Of a stretch of 64,000 nucleotides of DNA, positions 1 through 10,680 are shown piece after piece. The notes under the pieces were generated by a model that ran no database searches, had not been told where the DNA came from, and saw only the letters and a program-made list of their open reading frames with translations. The translations under genes and the position numbers were made by a program. Source of the stretch: a virus; the IMG/VR virus record IMGVR_UViG_3300027749_000100, positions 6,470-70,469 of that record, one strand, 5' to 3'. Position 1 is the stretch's first letter, and each line of letters starts with the position of its first letter.

Positions 1-1548
1 AGTGACAGCAAATCCTCCTGTACTGTTATAAGAAGTTACAGAGTTGCCTGTTATATAAATTTGCGCTCCCACACGAATAGTTCCAAAGCCATGAGTTATG
101 ACAGTTGTAGAGCCACTTCTAGTCATTGCAGTAATTGTTTTTGTTTCTGGTACCCAAGTAGCTGTTAACGAAGCCGAATATACGCCAGAGGACACACTCA
201 CGGTACCAAGAGTAAGACTTGGCAACTTTGTATATGTTGTGCCGCTAACTTGAGTATATATACTCGAAGCTGAGCAAAAAACCATCATGGGGTATACATA
301 TGTATTTACAGTATCGTAAACAGATACGTATCTAGCAATATTGCTTAAAGTAACACTTGCTGGAGCAGCACCCGTAGAATCATCAGCTTTGTACATTTCC
401 ATATATCCAATGCCATATGTTCCTCCTTCATACACAGTAATTCCGGAAGGATTTGCATTGATATCAAAATTTGGGCGTTCAATACTGTTAACGGAACCTC
501 CCCCCAATCCTGGAGAGAATCCAATTGGGAAAAAAAGCCCGTTGCCATAGTAATCAAGAATTGAAAGAGCAGTCGGTGTAGTTGCAATAGGATTGCTTGG
601 ACTGGAAATATACGCGGTAGCCGTTGCCGTTTGTGTTCCCTCGACTACTTGATCTACATACACTTTTCCCGCCAAAGATCCAGATGCAATACCAGTCGAT
701 GAATTTATGGAATACAAATTTGCGGGAACATACGCACGAGTAGTTTTTGATGTTGTATTGTACTCAAAATAATCAAAACCATAGTCAGTGTAATTTGTGG
801 CGGATCCTAAATATTCCTGCCTGTCGCCCGCCCCTGATAATGAAGAAAGTAACTGCAAATACATTACTGCAGTTCCACCAAAATCAACATATATTTTTTG
901 AGTTGGTGCATTCGTCCCTATTGGACCAAATGAAAAATCCAAATAAATGACAGTTCCTCCTTCGGCAGCACTTGTATTTCGCCAAGCTAAAGAACTTGTT
1001 GTGACAGGAGAAATAGTAACAGATCCAGTTTCTCCATATAGCACCCCTCCTCCGGCTGTTGCTGATCGTATTTGAACCGTGAATTTTTTGATCGGCTTAT
1101 TTGGATTTCCGACAATTAATGTTGTATACGTAAATGTCGTTGAGTTGCCTCCACCCGGTGCGGACGCATTTGCAACCACGAAGGATCCGTATGTGCCATT
1201 TGTTGCAAAATCAGCAGCATCAGTAGGATTTGTTGAATCTGGAGCAATATACCAGTACAATGTTGATCCCACGGCAAACTGCAACGTAGTTACTACAGTC
1301 ACGGTATTTGTTGAATTTTCAAGAACAGTAACTGGCGTACTCAGAGATTTTAATATTGCATTTGGCCACAAGGATTCGTAGTCGTACAAATATTCATCAA
1401 ACAAATCCCATCTTTCCGGAGCAGCCGTTGCGCTGGCAACGGTTGCTGGCCCAACAACGGATCCGTTTCCTCTTTGCATGACTCTGGACATAATACCTTT
1501 GACAGATCTTCTGCCAATAATATTTTTATTTCTGGTAAAATATCCCAT
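1..1548 (-). CDS. Putative tail fibre / receptor-binding protein, truncated by the window edge
   Basis: ATG at 1548 (MGYFTRNKNIIGRR...) just after the stop of 1558..1953. My manual translation stays open to position 1 and is T/S/G/Y-rich. It is absent from the ORF track because no stop lies inside the window. Confidence 0.7.
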   Translation of the reverse strand, partial: MGYFTRNKNIIGRRSVKGIMSRVMQRGNGSVVGPATVASATAAPERWDLFDEYLYDYESLWPNAILKSLSTPVTVLENSTNTVTVVTTLQFAVGSTLYWYIAPDSTNPTDAADFATNGTYGSFVVANASAPGGGNSTTFTYTTLIVGNPNKPIKKFTVQIRSATAGGGVLYGETGSVTISPVTTSSLAWRNTSAAEGGTVIYLDFSFGPIGTNAPTQKIYVDFGGTAVMYLQLLSSLSGAGDRQEYLGSATNYTDYGFDYFEYNTTSKTTRAYVPANLYSINSSTGIASGSLAGKVYVDQVVEGTQTATATAYISSPSNPIATTPTALSILDYYGNGLFFPIGFSPGLGGGSVNSIERPNFDINANPSGITVYEGGTYGIGYMEMYKADDSTGAAPASVTLSNIARYVSVYDTVNTYVYPMMVFCSASSIYTQVSGTTYTKLPSLTLGTVSVSSGVYSASLTATWVPETKTITAMTRSGSTTVITHGFGTIRVGAQIYITGNSVTSYNSTGGFAVT

Positions 1549-1557
1549 TTTTTTTGC

Positions 1558-1953
1558 CTAGCTAATGGTGTCGTAACTACATATCACATTTATTGAAGAA
1601 GCCGTTCCTGCTGAAACTTGCAAAGCATCCGATTCGACAAGATACACATTTGTATCTTTTGATATCATTACTAATGTTGAATTTGCTGGAACTGAAATTG
1701 AGTTTCCCAAATAGAACGCGATTGATCCGCGGTAAATACTTGCTGTAACAGGAATTGCAGAAGCGCTAGAGTTTGAAAACACCAAGCTGTTTATTTTAAT
1801 AATAGTATTTGCACCACAAGTTATCAAAGTCTGTTGTGTTGAAGTAAGCGCCAAGGTAATCGCCGGAAAAGTTCCCACAGTGGTAACTGAACTGCTTGCA
1901 ACAGCAGTTGCGCCATTAATGGTAGCGACGTTTACTATATTTGGATTGGCCAT
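1558..1953 (-). CDS. Small tail-fibre-associated (adaptor-like) virion protein
   Basis: MANPNIVNVATINGAT... start with an AGGAGA RBS. It follows a fibre ending TTGKAIAMAIVFS, a pairing I recall from aquatic phage fibre loci. Confidence 0.65.
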   Translation of the reverse strand: MANPNIVNVATINGATAVASSSVTTVGTFPAITLALTSTQQTLITCGANTIIKINSLVFSNSSASAIPVTASIYRGSIAFYLGNSISVPANSTLVMISKDTNVYLVESDALQVSAGTASSINVICSYDTIS

Positions 1954-1964
1954 TTTTTATCTCC

Positions 1965-4900
1965 TTATGAAAACACTATCGCCATTGCGATAGCTTTGCC
2001 TGTAGTTGCCATATTGCTCGGCATTGTAGATTGCGGCAACGTTCCGGTTGCATTAGATATAGTGACATACGCCGAGCTGTACCACTGAGTTGTGCTTACT
2101 CCCAAGAACTCCACGATTCCGTTTACTGGAAGCAGGAAGGCGGCATTTGCTGCCAGCGAGTCAATACTTCCCGAAGCGGCAGGATACACATTCAGCGTAT
2201 TTGCCCCCCGGTTGACAATACGGACAACCCGTCCGACGGTGGCTGTGGGAAGGCTTACTCCAGTTGAGGCAGCAACGCCCTGCACCAAGTTGATGTCAGT
2301 CGTGATTGCCGTTGCAGACGTGTTCGTGCTGCCCAAGGCCGTAATGCCGACTGCGTTGGAATAGGTGATAAGCGGGGTGCCAATCGTGGGACTTGACCCA
2401 AAGACCAAGGCTCCAGTGCCGGTCTCATCCGTCATCACCGCAGACAAAGTTGAACTTGTTCCGTAATTCAGGAACGTCGAGACGCCTGTTGCAAGAGTCG
2501 TGACACCTGTTCCTCCTTGCGAAACCGCCAAGGATCCCGTGCTCAGGTTTGTCAGGCTGCCGCTGGTCAGCAAGCTCTGCACACCGGCAGCAAATGAAGT
2601 AACACCGGTGCCTCCCGACAATATGGGCAACGTCCCGGTTGCATTCGCTATATTGACATACGCCGAGCTGTACCACTGGGTTGTGCTTGTTGCCAAGAAC
2701 TCCACGAATCCGTTTACTGGAAGCAGGAATGCGACATTTATTGACAGCCCGTCAATATATCCTCCAACTGCAGGATACACGTTCAGCGTATTTGCCCCCC
2801 GGTTGACAATACGGACAACCCGTCCGGCAGTGGCTGTGGGAAGGCTTACTCCAGTTGAGGCATTAACGCCCTGCACCAAGTTGATGTCAGTCGTGATTGC
2901 CGTTGCAGACGTGTTCGTACTGCCCAAGGCCGTAATGCCGACTGCGTTGGAGTAGGTGATAAGCGGGGTGCCAATCGTGGGACTTGACCCAAAGACCAAG
3001 GCTCCAGTGCCGGTCTCATCCGTCATCACCGCAGACAAAGTTGAACTTGTTCCGTAATTCAGGAACGTCGAGACGCCTGTTGCAAGAGTCGTGACACCTG
3101 TTCCTCCTTGCGAAACCGCCAAGGATCCCGTGCTCAGGTTTGTCAGGCTGCCGCTGGTCAGCAGGTTCTGCACACCGGTAGCAAATGTAGTAACACCGGT
3201 GCCTCCCGACAGTATGGGCAGCGTCCCGGTTGCATTCGCTATATTGACATACGCCGAGCTGTACCACTGGGTTGTGCTTGTTGCCAAGAACTCCACGAAT
3301 CCGTTTACTGGAAGCAGGAAGGCGGCATTTGCTGCCAGCGAGTCAATAATTCCCGAAGTGGCAGGATACACATTCAGCGTATTTGCCCCCCGGTTGACAA
3401 TACGGACAACCCGTCCGACGGTGGCTGTGGGAAGGCTTACTCCAGTCGAGGCGGCAACGGTCGTCACCAAGTTGATGTCAGTCGTGATTGCCGTTGCAGA
3501 CGTGTTCGTGCTGCCCGAGGACGTAATGCCGACTGCGTTGGAGAACGTGATAGCCGGGGTATCAATCGTGGGACTTGACCCAAAGACCAATGCTCCAGTT
3601 CCTGTCTCACCGGTAACCGCAGCAGCCAAGCTCGAAGTTGTTCCATAGTTCAGGAACGTCGAGATTCCAGTTGCAAGAGTCGTGACATTCGTTCCTCCTT
3701 GCGAAACCGCCAAGGATCCCGTGCTTAGGTTTGTCAGGTTGCCGCTGGTCAGCAGGTTCTGCACACCGGTACCGAATGCAGTAACACCGGTGCCTCCCGA
3801 CGTTATGGGCAGCGTTCCGGTCACTGCGGTAGCCAGAGGAAGACCTTGTGCATTACTCAAATAAATTGAAGAAGAAGAATACCATTGAGTTCCAGATACT
3901 GCTTGAAACTCCAAAAAAGCGCCAATAGGTAATGATATAGAAGTATTTGCCGCAAGAGCATCAATGAAACCTCCTAATGCCGGAAAAATATTAATCGCCC
4001 TCACTGATTTATTGAGAATAGTTATTCTCCTGTTGACTGTAGACGCAGGAAGGACAACCGAAATATTTGATGCATCCGCTGACGTGGTAACAACATTGAA
4101 ATCGGAAGTAATTGTTGCTGCTCCAGACTGAGTCGTTCCTGTCGCCGTAACACTGGCGGAAACAGGGTAGAGATAACCATCTCCGGTGTAGATGGTTCCA
4201 TCGACAATCATGTCCGCAGTGGTATTTCTTGTCGGCACTACATAGGCACTGGAGTTGGTTAATATTGCAGGAGTCGTTGTATCCACCAAAGAGGATGTCG
4301 CTGATGAGTTGACAAGTTTGTACGCAGTATTACTTGCATCATTTCGAAGCACATCATACGTTGACGCACCATCGACCAAAACCCAATTTATTGTGTTATT
4401 AGTCGTTGCATTTCCATTCGTTAAAGCAACAATAGGAGAGTCGACCGTTGTGTTTCCAAATTGATCCTTTGCTACAATTTTGTAATTGTAAACAGTTGTT
4501 CCAGCGGTGCTGCTGTTAACAGCCGTGGGCGCGGCTGGTGTTGCAATTTTTTGCAACCGCGCTCGGCCTCCGATGATCTGCAACCCGTAGGCAAGCGAAG
4601 TAGCGTCAAGTAATCCGGCTCCTAACGCTCCCTTCGTGCTGATATTTTGCTGGAATCTATTGAGGGAAGAAGTAAACGTCACGCTGGACGTTCCGGAAAT
4701 GGAGAATCCCAGAGTTCCTCCTCCAGAAACATTGTATATTCCTGTACCTGAGTCTGAGTTCCAACTGTACGTCGGAGCGCTAGCCGACCCTCTTGCGGCT
4801 TGCCATATTTTTCCGGCAACAATTGCCCCTGTACCTTTTGGAGTGATGTACAGGTTGACATTACTTGACCCAACACCATCATCGGAATATATGGTTGCAT

Positions 4901-5942
4901 CTCCGCCGCCAATATACACCTTGTTTGTTCCGCTTCCTGCGACAACCAAAGTGGCATTGACACTTGTTGCGGAACTTGAAACAAGATTTCTTAAATCAAT
5001 AACGGTTGTTTGATAGCATGCTGCAATAGGCAACGCATACACTCTCCCATCAACCGTGTTGAGAAGCAAAGCGTCGGCAGCGGTTCCATTTCCTGCGATG
5101 AACACACGATCATCGCCTTCTGCCGCAATATCTGCGTCAGCCATTGAGACTGAGTTAAATACAGGCACCGTTGTCGTCGATGCCGAAGAGAGTCGATCAG
5201 CACGGACAAACGGACGACCGGATGCAAATCCAGAAATTCTCCCGCCTTGGGCAACAATTGTTGCGTCAGGCGCATATGACGACGCTGCTCCTGCTGAAAA
5301 ACCTTTGTATGGATTAGTCCCATTGGCAGCTGAGTCCCAGTTTGTAAAATCTTTTCCGGTATTTGATCGCAATCTCCATCGCAACTGAATTCGCCGTGTT
5401 GTTTCTGCGCCGAACGAGGAGTCGAGCAATTCGTTTGTTAACGGATCATTTACTTCTCCTCCGTACTTGGGTACAAGCGTAGCCTTTTTGGTTGCACTTC
5501 CCGAAACAGATGTTCCGTCTATTGTTTCATCGACGTTGGATGGAATAACTTCTTGAAACCACAATTCAAGCCATACAAATGTTGCATTGCTGATTGATGA
5601 TCCCGCAGTTATACTTATGGTATTCTGAAGGTTGGTTCCCACGACGGTTGCAATTCTTGCAATGGATCCAAGCACATTGACTTTTGAATCTTGCATGACA
5701 AATGTTGTGCTATTTGTAAGCGACACTGTTGACGCATTAATAAATCCTGATTTTAACAGTGTTCGAGAAACTTGAGATATTCCGTCGCGCATGATTCTTT
5801 GCATGACGTTCAAGTCAAAATCAAGGAGACTCTTGCTTTGTTGAAAAACAACAGAATCCCAAGATTTTCCTTCAATATTAATATCGGACACTCTGCTTAC
5901 CCGTGTAGGATAAAATCCCAAACTTGGATTAATCGGTTTCAT
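1965..5942 (-). CDS. Long tail fibre protein with N-terminal baseplate-anchor region and three 197-aa repeats
   Basis: Directly follows the baseplate genes. N-terminus VVFQQSKSLLDFDLN...VWLELW...ETTRRIQLRWRLR is typical of myophage proximal fibre proteins. Contains an FN3-like segment and C-terminal tandem repeats. Confidence 0.8.
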   Translation of the reverse strand: MKPINPSLGFYPTRVSRVSDINIEGKSWDSVVFQQSKSLLDFDLNVMQRIMRDGISQVSRTLLKSGFINASTVSLTNSTTFVMQDSKVNVLGSIARIATVVGTNLQNTISITAGSSISNATFVWLELWFQEVIPSNVDETIDGTSVSGSATKKATLVPKYGGEVNDPLTNELLDSSFGAETTRRIQLRWRLRSNTGKDFTNWDSAANGTNPYKGFSAGAASSYAPDATIVAQGGRISGFASGRPFVRADRLSSASTTTVPVFNSVSMADADIAAEGDDRVFIAGNGTAADALLLNTVDGRVYALPIAACYQTTVIDLRNLVSSSATSVNATLVVAGSGTNKVYIGGGDATIYSDDGVGSSNVNLYITPKGTGAIVAGKIWQAARGSASAPTYSWNSDSGTGIYNVSGGGTLGFSISGTSSVTFTSSLNRFQQNISTKGALGAGLLDATSLAYGLQIIGGRARLQKIATPAAPTAVNSSTAGTTVYNYKIVAKDQFGNTTVDSPIVALTNGNATTNNTINWVLVDGASTYDVLRNDASNTAYKLVNSSATSSLVDTTTPAILTNSSAYVVPTRNTTADMIVDGTIYTGDGYLYPVSASVTATGTTQSGAATITSDFNVVTTSADASNISVVLPASTVNRRITILNKSVRAINIFPALGGFIDALAANTSISLPIGAFLEFQAVSGTQWYSSSSIYLSNAQGLPLATAVTGTLPITSGGTGVTAFGTGVQNLLTSGNLTNLSTGSLAVSQGGTNVTTLATGISTFLNYGTTSSLAAAVTGETGTGALVFGSSPTIDTPAITFSNAVGITSSGSTNTSATAITTDINLVTTVAASTGVSLPTATVGRVVRIVNRGANTLNVYPATSGIIDSLAANAAFLLPVNGFVEFLATSTTQWYSSAYVNIANATGTLPILSGGTGVTTFATGVQNLLTSGSLTNLSTGSLAVSQGGTGVTTLATGVSTFLNYGTSSTLSAVMTDETGTGALVFGSSPTIGTPLITYSNAVGITALGSTNTSATAITTDINLVQGVNASTGVSLPTATAGRVVRIVNRGANTLNVYPAVGGYIDGLSINVAFLLPVNGFVEFLATSTTQWYSSAYVNIANATGTLPILSGGTGVTSFAAGVQSLLTSGSLTNLSTGSLAVSQGGTGVTTLATGVSTFLNYGTSSTLSAVMTDETGTGALVFGSSPTIGTPLITYSNAVGITALGSTNTSATAITTDINLVQGVAASTGVSLPTATVGRVVRIVNRGANTLNVYPAASGSIDSLAANAAFLLPVNGIVEFLGVSTTQWYSSAYVTISNATGTLPQSTMPSNMATTGKAIAMAIVFS
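2041..3815 (-). repeat. Three tandem near-identical 591-nt repeats in the tail fibre gene
   Basis: Shadow ORFs recur at a 591-nt offset (2425/3016; 2500/3091/3682). Protein unit is ATGTLPI.SGGTGVT...QWYSSAYV. Confidence 0.9.
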
Positions 5943-5962
5943 TTATTACTCCACATGCAACA

Positions 5963-7174
5963 TTACACATATGACTTTACCGCAAAAGACAATCCTGCTG
6001 GCTTCCATTTATTCACAAGACCATACACAAGGGAACTGAGTTCTTGACTTAACGTTTCTCCTGCTGCCAGTTGCACATAGACAAGAAACGATCCCGATCC
6101 AGTTTCTGGCCCAATGCGCAACGTATCGTCAACCGTCGTCAAATTTATTCCAGTTACTCGTGCTCCTATGAGAATATTGGATACGTTTGTAGTCGATGAA
6201 ATAGTATACGTTCCAGCTCCGCCAGTTCCAGTTCCGGCCGATACAATGGTTGTGGTTCCCGCTGAAAAATTTGTCTCACTTCCTATATTATACAACGTGA
6301 GACCAGAATAAAATTTGCCCAAAGGAACAGGTATCGCAGAGGCCGCATCTGCCACGATTGTCAGTAAAGTGTTGTTAGTTACAGAACCTTTTCCTGATGC
6401 ATTGCCAAGATAGGGCAATGCACTCGCTATGCTTTGACCGGCTGTCTTACTTGTCCCGCCAAGCGTAAACGCCACGCCGCCATCAATTACCCGAACGGAT
6501 CTTCCAATTGAATCGGAAACAAGATTTGCAATTGCATAATTATTGCTTTTTTCAGAAGAAATTTCTCGTTGAACTCTGTTTCTATACGTAGTGTCGTCTC
6601 CGACTTCTGATGCAAGACGATCTTGACCAAGAACATGTCCCCAGAAGTCGATCCATTTATCGTCAGCCAGACGAATGTCCATTTGACGAAGAGAACTTTT
6701 GATGTCTTGATTTCCAAAATTCAAGGCAAGTGCAATCGACATGAAAAATGAATAATTCGGATTGGTAAATTTTGACCATGTAAATGCTTCGCTTCCAAAT
6801 GAAGCCGCTCCTTCAATCAACGCAGTCGATAGATAGTCTCCCGATGTTGAAGAACTTGATGCTGCCAGAGACACTTGGAACGTTGAGTTGCCATATTTTC
6901 CTTTGAAATATGCAACGAATTCACTCATTGTGTATAAAGAAAGATCTATCACTTCTTGATCAATATACGAGACAGTGGAAGACAGGACAAATACACCGTC
7001 AACGACAAACGCCGACACAGTATCGGTGCTTATTCTGTTTGCCCATAAAGGAGAAGTGATAGTAAAGGTTATTGCATCCTCTTCCATGAAATTCAAGGAC
7101 AAGGATTCTGGCATTTCTGCCATTAGCCTCTGTAATATCGACGACGACTGAGGAAGAGGATTTGGTATTGTCAT
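5963..7174 (-). CDS. Baseplate wedge protein (P2 gpI-like)
   Basis: ADDKWIDFWGHVLGQDRL..E..DDTTYRNRV motif and C-terminal KWKPAG; immediately downstream of the baseplate J-like gene. Confidence 0.7.
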   Translation of the reverse strand: MTIPNPLPQSSSILQRLMAEMPESLSLNFMEEDAITFTITSPLWANRISTDTVSAFVVDGVFVLSSTVSYIDQEVIDLSLYTMSEFVAYFKGKYGNSTFQVSLAASSSSTSGDYLSTALIEGAASFGSEAFTWSKFTNPNYSFFMSIALALNFGNQDIKSSLRQMDIRLADDKWIDFWGHVLGQDRLASEVGDDTTYRNRVQREISSEKSNNYAIANLVSDSIGRSVRVIDGGVAFTLGGTSKTAGQSIASALPYLGNASGKGSVTNNTLLTIVADAASAIPVPLGKFYSGLTLYNIGSETNFSAGTTTIVSAGTGTGGAGTYTISSTTNVSNILIGARVTGINLTTVDDTLRIGPETGSGSFLVYVQLAAGETLSQELSSLVYGLVNKWKPAGLSFAVKSYV

Positions 7175-7178
7175 GATG

Positions 7179-10100
7179 TTATCTTATAGTGATAATTCCG
7201 GGAACAAGAATTATTCCCAATCCGGGCACTATATTATCTTGATCATTATTTCCTGAATCAAATACAGAAATTGATGCTGAGTTTATTCCTGTAATTTTCA
7301 TTATTTTTTGCAATAATGTGGATTTATCAAAAATCACTACCCTTGAAGGTGAAAACGTATAATCCAACGCGTCAGGCAGCACATCTTGATAAGTCAAAGT
7401 TCCTGATGACCCCACGTAATTTGCAACATATCCCCACGCGGTACCATTCCATCTGACAATATCATATGATGCAATGTTAGTTCCTGACACAGACCAAGTA
7501 AGCGTATTATATGTACTGCTGTTTAGTGAAGACGGACCGGTTGTAATCGCAACCGATTTGGATGGATATGATTTATTCCCATTTACATCTATTGCAATAA
7601 TTTTATATTGATATGTTGTAGATCCAGATCCAGCGTTTGTAGCAATACTTGTAATTACTGGTATTGGAAATCCATCGCTTATGGACAATGTTTGAAAATA
7701 ACTGGTAACTGTATTGTATATATTTACTTGTACCATTTTTAATGTTATGCCAGAATCCGTAACAACATGGACTGAAATGTCTTGATATTGCCGACTTGCA
7801 GCAAACACTGTAACTGGAATTCCTGCTGGCTTGTATCCGGGATACGTTATCTGGTATTCATCCGTGTAGCCATTGATGATCTTTTGCGTTTTCAAGACAA
7901 GATCTGCTGACGCTCCGTCGTTTGTTCCATTGTGGATATACAGTGAAACCGCATTGTTTGAACTTTCATAGGCAAGAACAGAAGTAACGGAATCGACGAC
8001 AAATCCGTTTGTATTTTTGATGGAAACAGATGATGCTCCGGATTCTAGTGAATACAATGTGCCACGAGAAAGATTTTTAATTATTTTTCCAAAACGAATT
8101 CTCCATTCTTCTTCTGTTTCCAAATCATATCCATTGATTAATGCCTCATCATTTAATCCGCTATCAATTCCACTGATATTTGTAATAATATTTGTGATGG
8201 TTTTTCCGGGAGTATTTCCTAATTTACCAGCAAAAACACATTCTATATCTACCGTTATTAATCTATCTGATGCCGCCATGGTGCTTACATATGGCACAAT
8301 ATATTGCTTGGAAGTATTCACAACTCCCACCTGCGTTCCTGATCCTATGACAATAGGCCCGGATACTGAATGAGCAGTCGGTATGTATAACCACGATGAA
8401 GAAGTTCCCGATAATCCGGCGTCAACATATTTCCATACAGATATGTTATTGACGCTCGTGGTTTCAACAACTGTTGCCAATAATTCGGCGTTTGAAAATA
8501 CACACGATGTTGCAATGTTTGTTCCAATATCAGTTAAAGACGTAGAAAGAACATCAATACTTACCGCAGAACTCATTGATGAATTTGTGCTTCTGTAAAC
8601 ACGATAAGCAATGGCTCCGGCAACTGCAGACCATGTCAATAAAGCTGATTTTTGCGACGAAGAGGTTGTGAGTGAAACGCTGGGACTGCCAAGGCTTTCT
8701 GCACTCTTTGTCAATGTACTGACGCTCCAGTAATATGCTGTAGATGCAGTAAGTGATTGAGAAACCTCCGATGACAACGTAGCAGACAAATTCTGTGGAT
8801 AATCCAATGATGGATCCTGACTAGATCGATACACATTGTATCCTGTTGTTGCATTTCCATCAATAGCTTCTACAGAACTCCATGTCATTGACACAGTGTT
8901 TCCTGTAGGCGTAATCGAGGCCGTTGATGGTAACGTTTCAGCAGGCACCGCGTTCGTAGTGTTTTTGGCAGAAACAGCCCATGTTATTGTGGTGTTTGGC
9001 CAATTTGCACTTGTGCCCCCAAAGACGGAATCGACAAACGCATTTGTCGTTGATGTTCTATATTTTGCATTAATCATGTATTGATTTTGCGAAACATAAA
9101 TACGGTAACTTGTTGCAGACGGAATTGCGTTCCAAGTAAGGGAAGCCCTTCCGTTTGCTGCAATGACTGCGCTAATTGCAGGTGTCGCACTTGTCTCCCG
9201 ACCATTATTAATCGCTGTAACACTGTAGTAGTATGTTCCGGCTGAATAGGTTCCCCCATCGGGCAGTGCCGATACCAGTGTCATCGATACCGGCGATGTC
9301 AGGGAAGGTGCAGAAAATGCTGCCCAAGGATTTGTCCATGAAACCGTAGACGGGTATCCTGCTGGACGATTTCCCCCTGTCGTAATTACTGTCATTGAAT
9401 ACGTGGTTCCATCATTTGAAAAACCACTGATTGCCAACGATCCTGTTCCAATATCTGCAGATGAAATCAAGGATGACGCCGAAGTAAAATACCCTGACGA
9501 CACAGGAAAATTTAATGTATATTGCCATTGATTTGCTGCAGTCAGTGAAGTTGACGTTACGGACATTGAATTGTTCAAGGAATACGTCGACCCAGTTAGT
9601 ACACCTATTATTTTCGTAGGATTGGTAATAGTTGCTCCTGTTACAGTAGGAGGGGAAGTTAGCAATGTTGACGTTAACACGGTAACCGTACTGGTAGTAG
9701 AGGATTCTACAAGCCATGTTTGATTGTATGCAGGTGTGCCCACTCCGCTAATGATGATGTACGAACCTGCTGCAATGGCCTCGCTTCTCGATGTATGGGT
9801 AACGACAAATCTATTTGTTGGACTACTTGATGAAATAATGCCTGTTATTGTCAATGTTTCAGCAGATCCAATTCCAGATAGGTATTGCCCAACTGACAGG
9901 GCGACATTATTTGACACGGTCAATGTATTTGATGCAGAAGTTATACTGCTTCCACTATTTGAACTAACTCCTACATATCCGGTGAATGCAACACTGTTGT
10001 ACGGAATTATTTTCGTGGTTGAAACAAATGCTGTTGACACGTTCAGTGTGCCAGCAGTCATCGTGGCAGTTGACGAAATCTTGATTACGGTTGCGGATGT

Positions 10101-10664
10101 CACTTCGGTAACCCTGACTATTCCACTTCCTAGGCTTCCCAACGACAAGGTGGTTGCACCAGAAAGAGTGGCACCCACTATCACGTAAGGCGACCATGTC
10201 GCTCCCGCAAGGGTAACTGTAGTTGTGTAGGGGCCAGATCCCGAAATTGCGCCCACTGTTATTGATGTTGGAGTTCCCGAATACACAGTTCCAGATGTAG
10301 CAACAGTTGCACTTGATGTTGATTGAGTTAGCGCGGATGTTGCGTCAGAAGATTGCACGAGTGTCAAGTTGGCAGGAGGCTGCAACATTTCTCGATAAAA
10401 AGTATACAATCCTGTTGCTTTTGTTGCTTCAAGCAACGGTGCGGAAAATGCTTGTTTTACGGAACTTCTGATTGAATCTGTTAGACTTTGTGCAAAGACA
10501 ATATTTTGCCGATATATTTCATTACCTACCGATTCAAAAATAGAACGAATGATACTTCCTTCGCTGAAATCGGTGAGCAATCCAGTATGACCAGAAAGAT
10601 ACCCGATCATTGATGCGACAAGATCTTCTTTTTTTCTTAAATTAAATTTTGTATAATCTATCAT
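7179..10664 (-). CDS. Baseplate J-like wedge protein with large inserted FN3-like/beta domains
   Basis: N-terminal LTDFSEGSIIRSIFES; C-terminal GKLGNTPGKTIT...NGYDLETEEEWRIRF...LSRGT and GYKPAGIPV motifs of gpJ/gp47-type proteins. Confidence 0.85.
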   Translation of the reverse strand: MIDYTKFNLRKKEDLVASMIGYLSGHTGLLTDFSEGSIIRSIFESVGNEIYRQNIVFAQSLTDSIRSSVKQAFSAPLLEATKATGLYTFYREMLQPPANLTLVQSSDATSALTQSTSSATVATSGTVYSGTPTSITVGAISGSGPYTTTVTLAGATWSPYVIVGATLSGATTLSLGSLGSGIVRVTEVTSATVIKISSTATMTAGTLNVSTAFVSTTKIIPYNSVAFTGYVGVSSNSGSSITSASNTLTVSNNVALSVGQYLSGIGSAETLTITGIISSSSPTNRFVVTHTSRSEAIAAGSYIIISGVGTPAYNQTWLVESSTTSTVTVLTSTLLTSPPTVTGATITNPTKIIGVLTGSTYSLNNSMSVTSTSLTAANQWQYTLNFPVSSGYFTSASSLISSADIGTGSLAISGFSNDGTTYSMTVITTGGNRPAGYPSTVSWTNPWAAFSAPSLTSPVSMTLVSALPDGGTYSAGTYYYSVTAINNGRETSATPAISAVIAANGRASLTWNAIPSATSYRIYVSQNQYMINAKYRTSTTNAFVDSVFGGTSANWPNTTITWAVSAKNTTNAVPAETLPSTASITPTGNTVSMTWSSVEAIDGNATTGYNVYRSSQDPSLDYPQNLSATLSSEVSQSLTASTAYYWSVSTLTKSAESLGSPSVSLTTSSSQKSALLTWSAVAGAIAYRVYRSTNSSMSSAVSIDVLSTSLTDIGTNIATSCVFSNAELLATVVETTSVNNISVWKYVDAGLSGTSSSWLYIPTAHSVSGPIVIGSGTQVGVVNTSKQYIVPYVSTMAASDRLITVDIECVFAGKLGNTPGKTITNIITNISGIDSGLNDEALINGYDLETEEEWRIRFGKIIKNLSRGTLYSLESGASSVSIKNTNGFVVDSVTSVLAYESSNNAVSLYIHNGTNDGASADLVLKTQKIINGYTDEYQITYPGYKPAGIPVTVFAASRQYQDISVHVVTDSGITLKMVQVNIYNTVTSYFQTLSISDGFPIPVITSIATNAGSGSTTYQYKIIAIDVNGNKSYPSKSVAITTGPSSLNSSTYNTLTWSVSGTNIASYDIVRWNGTAWGYVANYVGSSGTLTYQDVLPDALDYTFSPSRVVIFDKSTLLQKIMKITGINSASISVFDSGNNDQDNIVPGLGIILVPGIITIR

Positions 10665-10680
10665 GTTTTTATCACTTTTT

